Positions 1-8,461 of a stretch of 64,000 nucleotides of DNA are shown here, piece by piece. A program made the position numbers and the translations under genes. The DNA is taken from the IMG/VR virus record IMGVR_UViG_3300021373_000005; one strand, given 5' to 3'. Within the stretch, counting starts at the first letter, position 1. Each line of letters opens with the position of its first letter. Source of the stretch: a virus. The notes under the pieces are model-generated. The model made no database searches. It saw only the letters and a list, made by a program, of their open reading frames with translations, and had not been told where the DNA came from.

Positions 1-147
1 TTATTGCCTAAACAACTTGGATTACATGAATATATTGATACTGAACTTCAGTTTGATAAAGTATTCTTAAATCCTATTCAATCAATCCTAGATGCGGTTG
101 GTTGGTCAGCTGAACGAGTAAATACGATTGAAGATTTTTTCAGCTAA
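1..147 (+). CDS. 43: DNA polymerase gp43, C-terminal fragment (not in ORF track)
   Basis: Frame 1 reads LLPKQLGLHEYIDTELQFDKVFLNPIQSILDAVGWSAERVNTIEDFFS*, typical of the family-B T4-like polymerase C-terminus with its clamp-binding tail. Confidence 0.9.
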   Translation, partial: LLPKQLGLHEYIDTELQFDKVFLNPIQSILDAVGWSAERVNTIEDFFS

Positions 148-151
148 ACTA

Positions 152-180
152 TTGACATTTATATTAAAGTGTGATATAAT
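152..180 (+). promoter_or_regulatory. sigma70-type early/middle promoter
   Basis: TTGACA(152-157)-17 bp-TATAAT(175-180), perfect consensus. Confidence 0.9.
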
Positions 181-204
181 AAACAACACTAAAGGAGAAT
201 TGCT

Positions 205-495
205 ATGAGCGATGTACAAATTGTAAGACTATCAACCGGAGAAGAGGTTGTAGCAAAAGTGGTATATGATAAAGGTTTCTATACATTAACAGATGGAATC
301 TTGTTAGTACCAGCAGGTGAAGGTAAAATTGGAATGGTTCCTTTCGTACCTTACGCAAAAAGAAAACCAGTATCTATTGGTGAACAACATGTGATGTTTG
401 TTGTAGAACCTGCAGATGAATTAAAGAAACAAGTTATAGAAGCAACATCAGGAATCGCACTACCTGACAGTCAAGGAGGACTGAAGTTAGTATGA
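205..495 (+). CDS. conserved hypothetical protein of T4-like phages (small beta-rich)
   Basis: IVRLSTGEEVVAKV N-terminus; AGGAG RBS; lies directly after the promoter. Confidence 0.7.
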   Translation: MSDVQIVRLSTGEEVVAKVVYDKGFYTLTDGILLVPAGEGKIGMVPFVPYAKRKPVSIGEQHVMFVVEPADELKKQVIEATSGIALPDSQGGLKLV

Positions 496-707
496 TAAAA
501 ATTTACGGTAAAGACAATTGTGCATACTGTAATATGGCAAAACAGCTATGCGAATCAAAAGGACTTGATTACGAATACTTAATGCTTGATGAAGATTACA
601 AGCAAGAAGAATTTTTTGAAACTTTTCCCGGTGCAAGAACCTTTCCTCAAATTCAAAAGGATGGAGAAAACATCGGTGGCTTTATGGAATTAAGAGAATT
701 ATTATGA
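492..707 (+). CDS. nrdC: glutaredoxin
   Basis: CAYC active site, TFPQI cis-Pro motif, IGGF motif. Confidence 0.92.
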   Translation: MIKIYGKDNCAYCNMAKQLCESKGLDYEYLMLDEDYKQEEFFETFPGARTFPQIQKDGENIGGFMELRELL

Positions 708-1123
708 GTAAAGATTGGGTTAAAGATATACAAGATATGCAAACCAAATATCAGACAAGAGATTGGGTTGCGAATAACGCAAATGACATTAACAAATTAA
801 AAGCGTTTTTGAGATTTAGAATTGATTTCTTGGAAGAGGAATTAACTGAAACTCGAAATGCGCAAAAAGTTATCGACTCCGAAGAAATCGTAGATGGTTT
901 AGTTGACCTTTGTGTAGTGGCAATCGGTACTCTTGATGCCTTCGGAGTCGACCCTTATAAAGCTTGGGACGCAGTTCTCGAAGCAAACATGGCAAAAGAA
1001 GTAGGTGTAAAGGAAGGAAGGCCAAATCCACTTGGTGTACCTGACTTAATGAAACCAGAAGGATGGACGGCTCCATCTCATGAAGGAAATCATGGAGTCC
1101 TACCAACATTAAAAGGAGAATAA
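704..1123 (+). CDS. MazG/PRA-PH-like all-alpha dNTP pyrophosphohydrolase
   Basis: EEELTE...EEIVDGLVDL..V..G....G.D......V..ANM.K motif pattern. Confidence 0.8.
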   Translation: MSKDWVKDIQDMQTKYQTRDWVANNANDINKLKAFLRFRIDFLEEELTETRNAQKVIDSEEIVDGLVDLCVVAIGTLDAFGVDPYKAWDAVLEANMAKEVGVKEGRPNPLGVPDLMKPEGWTAPSHEGNHGVLPTLKGE

Positions 1124-1124
1124 T

Positions 1125-1352
1125 ATGGCTATGAGTGAATTATTAGTAAATGCGTTAATCGCAAAGTATGAAGGACAGATTGCTGAACATTCAGCAAACA
1201 TTGCTGTCTTTTTGGAAAATGGAGTTGGAGTAGCAGAACATCCTGGTACGGTTGAAACTCTTGATGCAGAAGTGGCAAAACTTGCTGAGGCTGAAGATAA
1301 ATTACAGTCAATTAGGCAGTTTGCTCTACCTGTTCCACCAAAAGTTGTATAA
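1125..1352 (+). CDS. conserved hypothetical helical protein
   Basis: Intact ORF with GGAG RBS; GVGVAEHP motif between two helices. Confidence 0.7.
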   Translation: MAMSELLVNALIAKYEGQIAEHSANIAVFLENGVGVAEHPGTVETLDAEVAKLAEAEDKLQSIRQFALPVPPKVV

Positions 1353-1378
1353 ATTTCAACTCTTTATAGTTTTCTTTG

Positions 1379-1386
1379 TATAAATA
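1379..1386 (+). promoter_or_regulatory. T4 late-type promoter (TATAAATA)
   Basis: Exact TATAAATA in the intergenic region upstream of 1451. Confidence 0.55.
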
Positions 1387-1388
1387 AT

Positions 1389-1428
1389 TGTAACACAAAT
1401 GTAACATTTTTGTTTCATTAGTGTAACA
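1389..1428 (+). repeat. four 11-bp-period direct repeats (TGTAACA), Pho-box/OmpR-family-like
   Basis: TGTAACA at 1389, 1400 and 1422, and TGTTTCA at 1411. Confidence 0.7.
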
Positions 1429-1450
1429 TAAACAAACAAGGAGAACGCCA

Positions 1451-1795
1451 ATGATAAAGGTAGCAACTTTATCAGTAATGTTTAGCCTGTTGTTCTCTAC
1501 TGCCGCGATGGCAGCAGACCACATCTCGCAAAAATCTATACAAGATATAAACATTACTGAGACAGGAAAAATATTTTTCCATACAAAAACAGATATATTT
1601 GGAGGAGAATTCATCCAACATTGTCCAGTAAAGAAGTATATAGATAAAACTATAAACTCCGAATCCGATAACTTAGGACTCTACGCTCACGGTGTTAGAA
1701 TTCGAGAAGGAACAAGAATTTCCTTTTTAGATGCAGGAACCCGAAACAAAAGTATGGGATCTTGTAAAATCCAAAACTTGGAGAGACTCGGATGA
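1451..1795 (+). CDS. secreted/periplasmic protein with signal peptide and two Cys
   Basis: MIKVATLSVMFSLLFSTAAMA-A signal peptide with an AxA site; AGGAG RBS; C...C.I..L pattern, tentatively DUF6491-like. Confidence 0.7.
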   Translation: MIKVATLSVMFSLLFSTAAMAADHISQKSIQDINITETGKIFFHTKTDIFGGEFIQHCPVKKYIDKTINSESDNLGLYAHGVRIREGTRISFLDAGTRNKSMGSCKIQNLERLG

Positions 1796-1863
1796 AATAC
1801 TTACATAAATTGATGAAATCCAGCAGAATACAAAATGTTTGGAGAGTAATCTTAAAATAACTA

Positions 1864-1892
1864 TTGACATTTCGTAGGAAGTATAGTATAAT
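1864..1892 (+). promoter_or_regulatory. sigma70-type promoter
   Basis: TTGACA-17 bp-TATAAT. Confidence 0.9.
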
Positions 1893-1922
1893 ATATCTAT
1901 AAATTGAAATAGACTTTATATT

Positions 1923-2429
1923 ATGCAAACAGAAATGTTTAACGAAGACCTGTCGGTAGATGGGTCTTTATTAAAAGAACATCTAAGTAAGATGATATTC
2001 ATCGGCACGTTAAAAATAGACGGAGAGCAGCTTGAGTATCAAAAATCACCAAACATTCAACGCAAAGAACTAAATGAAGATTTAGTATATTATATGGTGT
2101 GTAAAGGTCAATTAATGAAAATTGGCATAGCAGGCGGTATGATGGGTTGGAATGGTCGTGTAGGAATGTACCGAAAAGGTATTCTTAACGGCAAAGGTGA
2201 TGGAACAAATCACAGAATCTTTCGTATTATGAAAGAACGCGGATTAACCAAAGAACTTATTTACGTATTTGGAATCTATACACCTCCACAGGTTGTTGAT
2301 GTAATATGTCCTATGAATGGAAAAGTTATGCAGCAAGAAGTTCAAATACATCGTAATATAGAAAGGTCTTTAACCGCAGAGTTTTTATCAGAAGGTTATG
2401 AGTTACCTTTCAGTAAGCAATTAAATTAA
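1923..2429 (+). CDS. denA: GIY-YIG endonuclease, DenA (endonuclease II)-like
   Basis: LVYYMVCKGQLMKIG...RVGMYRKGI resembles T4 EndoII VIYAIAINDELVYIG...RINYYRTAI; C-terminal E...P..N. Confidence 0.65.
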   Translation: MQTEMFNEDLSVDGSLLKEHLSKMIFIGTLKIDGEQLEYQKSPNIQRKELNEDLVYYMVCKGQLMKIGIAGGMMGWNGRVGMYRKGILNGKGDGTNHRIFRIMKERGLTKELIYVFGIYTPPQVVDVICPMNGKVMQQEVQIHRNIERSLTAEFLSEGYELPFSKQLN

Positions 2430-2434
2430 AACTA

Positions 2435-2463
2435 TTGACATTGTACACAAAATAATTTATAAT
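2435..2463 (+). promoter_or_regulatory. sigma70-type promoter
   Basis: TTGACA-17 bp-TATAAT. Confidence 0.9.
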
Positions 2464-2489
2464 AGTACTTTACATTATGGAGATTGCCT

Positions 2490-2834
2490 ATGAGCAAACA
2501 AACAAACCCAGTTTCGGTTGATGTACTACAAGAGTGCGTTGACCTTCAGTTGAAAAAGTCTCGCGATTATCAGAATCCGAACTCAACTGTTCAACAAGCC
2601 GACTACTATCCTAACGGTATTACAACCATTCATGATATTATGCATGCAAAAATGCTTCGTATGAAATCTGTTATGGAAGCAATGCAGTCGGATGATTATG
2701 ATCCTAACTTTGAATCCCTTGAAGATTCAGCAAAAGATTTAATTAACTATTCAAGTTTCTTTGTCTCTTACTGTCGTAAAGGTATTAAAGGTCAAGATCC
2801 AACTAAAGATGTATTTAATAGGAGTACTAAATAA
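2490..2834 (+). CDS. nucleotide-modification-associated domain protein (DUF1599/Nmad1-like, MazG-like fold)
   Basis: KKSRDY...K..R...ESLEDSAKDLINY motif; GGAG RBS 7 nt before ATG 2490. Confidence 0.7.
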   Translation: MSKQTNPVSVDVLQECVDLQLKKSRDYQNPNSTVQQADYYPNGITTIHDIMHAKMLRMKSVMEAMQSDDYDPNFESLEDSAKDLINYSSFFVSYCRKGIKGQDPTKDVFNRSTK

Positions 2835-3088
2835 TGAGTAATGTGATATTACCGTCAAGTGACGAAGACAAGAAAAGAATCCGTGGCTGCATGGAAGAAA
2901 TGAGCAATTCATTTACAAGAATGGAATCAGAACGTGATTTTCAAAAAGAAGCAATTAATGCTTTGGCTGAAGAAGTACAGATTCCAAAATCAATCCTAAG
3001 GAAAACCGCAAGAGCTTTCCATAATCAAAATGTTTCAGATCTCGTTGCTGAAGTATCGGATATTGAAGCGTTAATGGAAACAATTTAA
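2834..3088 (+). CDS. dsbA: DsbA-like dsDNA-binding protein
   Basis: Helical pattern E....IPK..LRK.ARAFH.QN....VAE...IE.L.ETI parallels T4 DsbA. Confidence 0.7.
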   Translation: MSNVILPSSDEDKKRIRGCMEEMSNSFTRMESERDFQKEAINALAEEVQIPKSILRKTARAFHNQNVSDLVAEVSDIEALMETI

Positions 3089-3762
3089 TGGACAGAGTTT
3101 CTAATATTCAACAAACCATCATTGACAAATATCTCAGTGAAGATTTTGTCATTGACAAGACAGGTGTAAAAACTGTTGAAATTATTGGTGCAACATTTAT
3201 TGCTGATAGAGATTATGTCATTCGTAAACCTGCGTATGAATATATCCAACGCGAATTAGAATGGTATAAATCACAATCATTATATGTTGATGATATTCCT
3301 GGTGGTGCTCCACAAATTTGGAAAGATGTCTCATCTGACGAAGGTAAGATTAATTCAAATTATGGTTGGTGCATTTACTCTGAAGAGAATGGTAATCAAT
3401 ACAAACATGTTCAGCGTGAATTGAGAAACAATCCAAACTCTCGTAGAGCAACAATGATTTATAATCGACCAAGTATGCATTTGGATTACAACCGAGATGG
3501 TATGTCTGACTTTATGTGTACCTATGCAAATACTTTTTATATTCGCGATGGTAAACTTGACTCACATTACCTAATGCGTTCTAACGACGCAGTCTTTGGT
3601 TATAATAATGATTATGCTTGGGCAAGATATGTTCAGAATCAACTTGCTGAAGATCTTGGTATTGAAGTTGGTAATCTGATTTGGACAGCATCAAACTTCC
3701 ATGTATATGAAAGACATTTCAACTTTATTGAGGAATTAATTGATGGACTCAAAGTGGGATAA
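3088..3762 (+). CDS. 42: dCMP hydroxymethylase (thymidylate synthase family)
   Basis: Extensive match to T4 gp42: DKTGVKT.EIIGA.F.AD, EYIQRELEWYKS.SL, INSNYGW, DGMSDFMCT (catalytic Cys), MRSND.VFG..ND with the dCMP-specifying Asp. Confidence 0.93.
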   Translation: MDRVSNIQQTIIDKYLSEDFVIDKTGVKTVEIIGATFIADRDYVIRKPAYEYIQRELEWYKSQSLYVDDIPGGAPQIWKDVSSDEGKINSNYGWCIYSEENGNQYKHVQRELRNNPNSRRATMIYNRPSMHLDYNRDGMSDFMCTYANTFYIRDGKLDSHYLMRSNDAVFGYNNDYAWARYVQNQLAEDLGIEVGNLIWTASNFHVYERHFNFIEELIDGLKVG

Positions 3763-4195
3763 ACGCTTTATGCGTGTTGCTCAGGAAATATCTTCTTGGA
3801 GCAAAGATCCTTCAAAACAAATAGGAGCAGTGGCAGTTAACTCTGACCGTCGTATCCTAGCAACTGGGTATAATGGATTTCCAAAAGGAATTGAAGATAT
3901 ACCTGCTCGGTATGAAGATAGAACAATTAAATATGACTTGGTTGTTCATGCCGAGATGAACTGTATATACAATGCGACCTTTTCTGGCATTTCATTAAAG
4001 GATTCTACAATGTATGTATGGGGATTACCAGTTTGCCACGATTGTGCAAAAGGTATTATCCAAGTAGGCATAAATAGAATTGTCATTGGTATGTTGGATT
4101 CTCCACAAAAGTGGTTAGATTCATTTGAAAAATCAAGACGTATGTTTGACGAAGCAGATATTGCTATTGACTTTTTACATGATACTGTCAACTAA
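3743..4195 (+). CDS. cd: dCMP deaminase
   Basis: HAEMN and PVCHDC zinc motifs; GYNGFP. Confidence 0.92.
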   Translation: MDSKWDKRFMRVAQEISSWSKDPSKQIGAVAVNSDRRILATGYNGFPKGIEDIPARYEDRTIKYDLVVHAEMNCIYNATFSGISLKDSTMYVWGLPVCHDCAKGIIQVGINRIVIGMLDSPQKWLDSFEKSRRMFDEADIAIDFLHDTVN

Positions 4196-4199
4196 TCTA

Positions 4200-4228
4200 T
4201 TGACATTTATAGTAAACCATGTTATAAT
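4200..4228 (+). promoter_or_regulatory. sigma70-type promoter
   Basis: TTGACA-17 bp-TATAAT. Confidence 0.9.
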
Positions 4229-4256
4229 GGTAGTTAAATTTTAAGGATATTATATT

Positions 4257-4457
4257 ATGAAAGAAATTATTACAGATATGACTTATGGCATCGCGTTCGT
4301 TGCTATTATTTTCGGAACACTAGCAGGCGCTGTATTTTTAATGGAAGCAATCAATATGACTAAAGATAGTATTCGTATTGCTATTGCCGTTCCTTTATTC
4401 CTCTTCTTCTGTTATCACTTTGGTGGATTAACAAGATCCATTATCTTCAAGAAATAA
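4257..4457 (+). CDS. small two-TM membrane protein
   Basis: Two hydrophobic stretches in 66 aa. Confidence 0.6.
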   Translation: MKEIITDMTYGIAFVAIIFGTLAGAVFLMEAINMTKDSIRIAIAVPLFLFFCYHFGGLTRSIIFKK

Positions 4458-4459
4458 TT

Positions 4460-5494
4460 ATGGCATTACACAAAAGAATAGTACTTGACTTTGACGACAC
4501 ATTAGCGTTTACGTCAAACAGAGATTGGGAAAACGCAGAACCCAACATTGCTTTGATTGAAAAATGTAATGAATTATATAATGCAGGTTGGCAAGTAGAT
4601 ATTTTTACTGCTCGTGGTTCTATTTCTTGTAGGAGTAGAGTTGAAGCAGAAGAAAAGTATGGAGAACAAATACGGTCTTGGTTAGAAAAGCATCATGTAA
4701 AATATCATATGTTATCTTTTGATAAACCACTTGCTGCATATTATATTGATGATAAAGGTATTACACCTGAAGATTTTATATATGCTGACATTCGTGAATT
4801 AGAAGGTGGTCTATCAGGATCTGATATTTACACTGATGGTATGTTAGTACATAAGACCGCAAGTAATGCTCATGAAGTAGCAAAGTGGTACAAAGAAACA
4901 GGTTCAGCAGTTATGACTCCTGAAATCCATAGAGTGGTTGGTGATACAATTACAATGGATTACATTGACCACGATGAAGAGTTCTTCAAGCATTCTCCAT
5001 ATAAAGCATTAGCAATGATTCAAGAAGCACTTGATGAATTCGGTCATATACCTACTAAAAAGTTTTTAACATTTGATGACTATATCGCAAGGATTGTAGG
5101 TCATGTTCAGTTAGCTGATGTACCTGTGTTTAATGATATTGTTGAAAGAATGGCAAATATTAATTTAGAATACGGATATTGTCACGGAGATTTTGGTGTT
5201 AAGAACATGCTCTTTACAGAACATAACATGCACTTAATTGACCCTATCCCTAATGTATTTGGTTGTCGTGAACTTGACATAGCAAAATTTATCGCAAGCT
5301 TACTAATTAATCGTTATAACATTGAACTACAAGATCTTTCAATCAATACACTGTTAGCTTACAATCCTCAAATAGAAAGAAACACATTAATAATTTTAAC
5401 AGCAGCTGAGATTATTCGTGTATATAAGTATCACCCTGATAAAGATTTTATTATACAATGTGTTAACGACATTACGGAAGAATTATGTTTTTAG
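4460..5494 (+). CDS. HAD phosphatase (capsule EcbF/BcbF-like) fused to an APH/kinase-like phosphotransferase
   Basis: N-terminal LDFDDTL, FTARG, KP...YYIDDK (HAD motifs I-IV); C-terminal HGDFGVKNML and LIDP (kinase catalytic and metal loops). Confidence 0.8.
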   Translation: MALHKRIVLDFDDTLAFTSNRDWENAEPNIALIEKCNELYNAGWQVDIFTARGSISCRSRVEAEEKYGEQIRSWLEKHHVKYHMLSFDKPLAAYYIDDKGITPEDFIYADIRELEGGLSGSDIYTDGMLVHKTASNAHEVAKWYKETGSAVMTPEIHRVVGDTITMDYIDHDEEFFKHSPYKALAMIQEALDEFGHIPTKKFLTFDDYIARIVGHVQLADVPVFNDIVERMANINLEYGYCHGDFGVKNMLFTEHNMHLIDPIPNVFGCRELDIAKFIASLLINRYNIELQDLSINTLLAYNPQIERNTLIILTAAEIIRVYKYHPDKDFIIQCVNDITEELCF

Positions 5495-5919
5495 ATAGAA
5501 AGAAATTACCTCAAGATTTTAAAGTAGGATTTACATGTTCTACTTTTGATTTGTTTCACGCAGGTCATATTGTAATGTTACAAGAAGCAAAGACATTGTG
5601 TGATTATTTGATTGTTGGATTATTAATTGACCCAACAGTGGATCGTCCTGAGTCAAAGAACAAGCCTATTCAAACTCCTTTTGAGAGATACATACAGGTT
5701 TCATCTTGTAAGTATGTTGACGAAGTTATTCCTTTTACAACAGAACAAGAAATCGTTGATATGATCTTGACGATTAATCCTGACATAAGAATTGTTGGTG
5801 AAGAATATAAAGACCAAGAACATACAGGTAAAGGCTTATGTCCTGTTCATTATAATAGACGAAGACACTCATTCAGTTCAACAGAGCTCAGACAACGTGT
5901 AGTCAATTCTAATAAATAA
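5485..5919 (+). CDS. TagD/RfaE-II-like nucleotidyl(cytidylyl)transferase
   Basis: TFDLFHAGH (HxGH), LIVGL, ER...V..CKYVDEV, SSTELR. Confidence 0.88.
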   Translation: MFLDRKKLPQDFKVGFTCSTFDLFHAGHIVMLQEAKTLCDYLIVGLLIDPTVDRPESKNKPIQTPFERYIQVSSCKYVDEVIPFTTEQEIVDMILTINPDIRIVGEEYKDQEHTGKGLCPVHYNRRRHSFSSTELRQRVVNSNK

Positions 5920-5944
5920 AAATACAGTCGGATAATTATACATT

Positions 5945-7204
5945 ATGAAAAACATTGGATTCGCAAAGATTGGCAAGTCAGTCAAGTTTAAACGCAATAG
6001 GTTCTCACCTATCGGTGGAGACAACGAGCCATCTTCAGTTCTAATTGCACTCGCAAATAATAACCCAGACAAAACATTTTATATTATCGGTCGTTCTGAC
6101 TTCAGCACTCTTTCTGAATCTGAAGCTTTGGATTTATTTCCGTATGATAATGTAATTGATATTTGGAAAGGTATTAAGAATGATGAAACCGATAGCTTTT
6201 ATCGTCATGTGATTAACTATTTTAATCAGAGAGGATTTAAGTTAGATTATACTGTTATGATGGTAGGTCAAGTTGGTACTGTTACGATCCCAGGTAAGAT
6301 TACTCAAGTGAAACATTTAAAAGAAGGTATCACTGACGGTAAACCTGCTTCTGTGATTGATATGACAAAGAACTATACTTCTCCTATTGCGATTTGGTTA
6401 AATGAAGAAAAGCCTGACTACGTTGAGATTGTAAATGATCCACGATATGTAATGAATCAATCAAGAGATATCTTTCATTTACCAAATAAGTCGTTAGGTC
6501 AATATGATTATAAGTATAAAGCAAGTACAATAGAATCATATGAAAACCAAGAACGATCCGACAAATTTGTAGAATCTGTATATGCAGGAATGGAAACAAA
6601 CTTTTGTGTTCGTTACGACTATACAGAAGAATTTAATACAACAAGAAACATTCCTTTTATGGTCATATTGAATGAAGGTAAACCTTCAAGATATGGATTG
6701 ATGAAGGAATGGGTATTGAACGATTTTGAAGATGTTGAAGTTTATGGAAAATGGGAACACCCAGATACAGAAACTGATGCTAGGTTCAAAGGTTCTATTC
6801 ATCTTGACGATGTAATTCGTAAATTGGATAATGTTAAATTTACGTTTATTATTCCAATTGAAAAAGGTTGGGTAACAGCAAAGTATATTGAAATGATACA
6901 CGCAGGAGTTGTTCCTTTCTTACATCCAACATATGATGAACAGAAACATTTACCTATACCTGACTTCTTACGACCAAAAACTCCAACTGAGTTTAAAGAA
7001 AGAATGGATAGATTACTAAATAATGAAGAAGAGTACTTATCAGTAGTTAAAGGATTGCGTAAACTTATATGCAAGCCTGAGTTATATGATGGCACCTTCT
7101 TAAACAATAAAATTATGACAGCAATTGATGAAGATTATATCGCTACTGATATATCACAATACGAAAAGAAAACTGCTGCTACACTTGAGGACTTTTTTGG
7201 ATGA
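5945..7204 (+). CDS. GT-B glycosyltransferase, T4 beta-glucosyltransferase-like
   Basis: VNDPRY aligns with BGT FTDIRL (catalytic Asp); the VYGK...FKGSI...VTAKYIEM...P..EF.ER...L C-terminal lobe parallels BGT. Confidence 0.7.
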   Translation: MKNIGFAKIGKSVKFKRNRFSPIGGDNEPSSVLIALANNNPDKTFYIIGRSDFSTLSESEALDLFPYDNVIDIWKGIKNDETDSFYRHVINYFNQRGFKLDYTVMMVGQVGTVTIPGKITQVKHLKEGITDGKPASVIDMTKNYTSPIAIWLNEEKPDYVEIVNDPRYVMNQSRDIFHLPNKSLGQYDYKYKASTIESYENQERSDKFVESVYAGMETNFCVRYDYTEEFNTTRNIPFMVILNEGKPSRYGLMKEWVLNDFEDVEVYGKWEHPDTETDARFKGSIHLDDVIRKLDNVKFTFIIPIEKGWVTAKYIEMIHAGVVPFLHPTYDEQKHLPIPDFLRPKTPTEFKERMDRLLNNEEEYLSVVKGLRKLICKPELYDGTFLNNKIMTAIDEDYIATDISQYEKKTAATLEDFFG

Positions 7205-8421
7205 AACAAGATATAACATGGGCACCACTTATTCCGCTTATTGGTGGACAAATGCTAGGAGCGGAAAAAGCTTTCGGTAAACCACCCGAAGCAATTTATT
7301 CTTATAGTGGATTTGAAGCTAACGATGGACATTATGTCAATTATCAACAAGTAACGAAAGGACGTGATATTCCTTATGTATTACTTGATTCTGAAAATCC
7401 AAATATTAAACAAGTGGATGTAGTATCAGGTACTCCACCTTGCGCTGCATTATCACAATTAAATACTGGATTAACTGAAGAATCAAAAGGTGCTAAATGT
7501 GCAAAGAACGAATTTATGTATCAGGTCTTTCAAGATGGTATTGATGTTTTAGGAGCAAAGGTTGTTATTGTTGAGAACGCTCCTGCACTATATACAAACA
7601 AAGGTCGTCCAGTCGCAAATAGACTGTATGAAATTTGTGCTGAGAGAGGTTATTCTTTATCTCTGTATAAAACCTCAACGAGATATCATGGAGTTCCTCA
7701 GGGACGAGATAGAACGTTTGCGATTGGTTGGAAGTCAAGTACTTCTCCTGTATTAAACTGGTATAACCGTGATCGTAAATCATTTGCCGAATATCTTAAA
7801 GAAATTCCTGATGATGCATTACAACACGATTTGATTATTAATAAGAATGTACCTGAAGAACCTTACTATACATTTATTAAAACAAAAACAAACCGTGATG
7901 TAAGAGAGATTATGTTAGAAGAAGATGTAAAGACAACTCTCAATTATGTTAACAAAAAAGGTTGGATGAAAGAAGCAAACGAATGGTTCCATAAGACAGG
8001 ACATGAAAAAGGTATTAAGTATTCTGACCACGCAATTAAAAAGTATGCTGATGGATTAGGTGTATGGGATGGTTCAGTACATGTCTTTGGTGATTATATG
8101 AATGCAGTCATTGGTCGTAATATGGTTGATACGATTCACCCAACTGAAGATAGGTCATTAACTATTCGTGAAGCTCTACATATGATGGGATTCCCAGAAG
8201 ACTTTGAACTATTAGGTGGATTGCCTAAAGTAAATCATATTGCTCAAAATGTTCCTGTACCTACATCAAGAGATTTACATTCTGAGATTGGTAAATTTTT
8301 AAGAGGCGAACTAACATTATCTGATACCACTTATTTAAGACAAAACAATCATAAACAATTAATGGAGTTTGACCCTAACGGAAAAGATACAACTCCATCT
8401 CTTGAAGAATTTATGTCATAA
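7201..8421 (+). CDS. DNA cytosine-C5 methyltransferase-like protein with degenerate motif I
   Basis: GTPPC (IV), ENAP (VI), PQGRDR (VIII), RSLTIREALHMMGFP (IX), AQNVP (X); motif I reads IPLIGG instead of FxGxGG. Confidence 0.82.
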   Translation: MKQDITWAPLIPLIGGQMLGAEKAFGKPPEAIYSYSGFEANDGHYVNYQQVTKGRDIPYVLLDSENPNIKQVDVVSGTPPCAALSQLNTGLTEESKGAKCAKNEFMYQVFQDGIDVLGAKVVIVENAPALYTNKGRPVANRLYEICAERGYSLSLYKTSTRYHGVPQGRDRTFAIGWKSSTSPVLNWYNRDRKSFAEYLKEIPDDALQHDLIINKNVPEEPYYTFIKTKTNRDVREIMLEEDVKTTLNYVNKKGWMKEANEWFHKTGHEKGIKYSDHAIKKYADGLGVWDGSVHVFGDYMNAVIGRNMVDTIHPTEDRSLTIREALHMMGFPEDFELLGGLPKVNHIAQNVPVPTSRDLHSEIGKFLRGELTLSDTTYLRQNNHKQLMEFDPNGKDTTPSLEEFMS

Positions 8422-8425
8422 ACTA

Positions 8426-8454
8426 TTGACATTCAATAAAAAATAGAGTATAAT
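8426..8454 (+). promoter_or_regulatory. sigma70-type promoter
   Basis: TTGACA-17 bp-TATAAT. Confidence 0.9.
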
Positions 8455-8461
8455 ATACACC

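Noticed and set aside
1923-2429. Free-standing homing endonuclease or intron
   Set aside because: It lacks the C-terminal DNA-binding repeats of Seg/I-TevI types, interrupts no gene, and resembles DenA more closely
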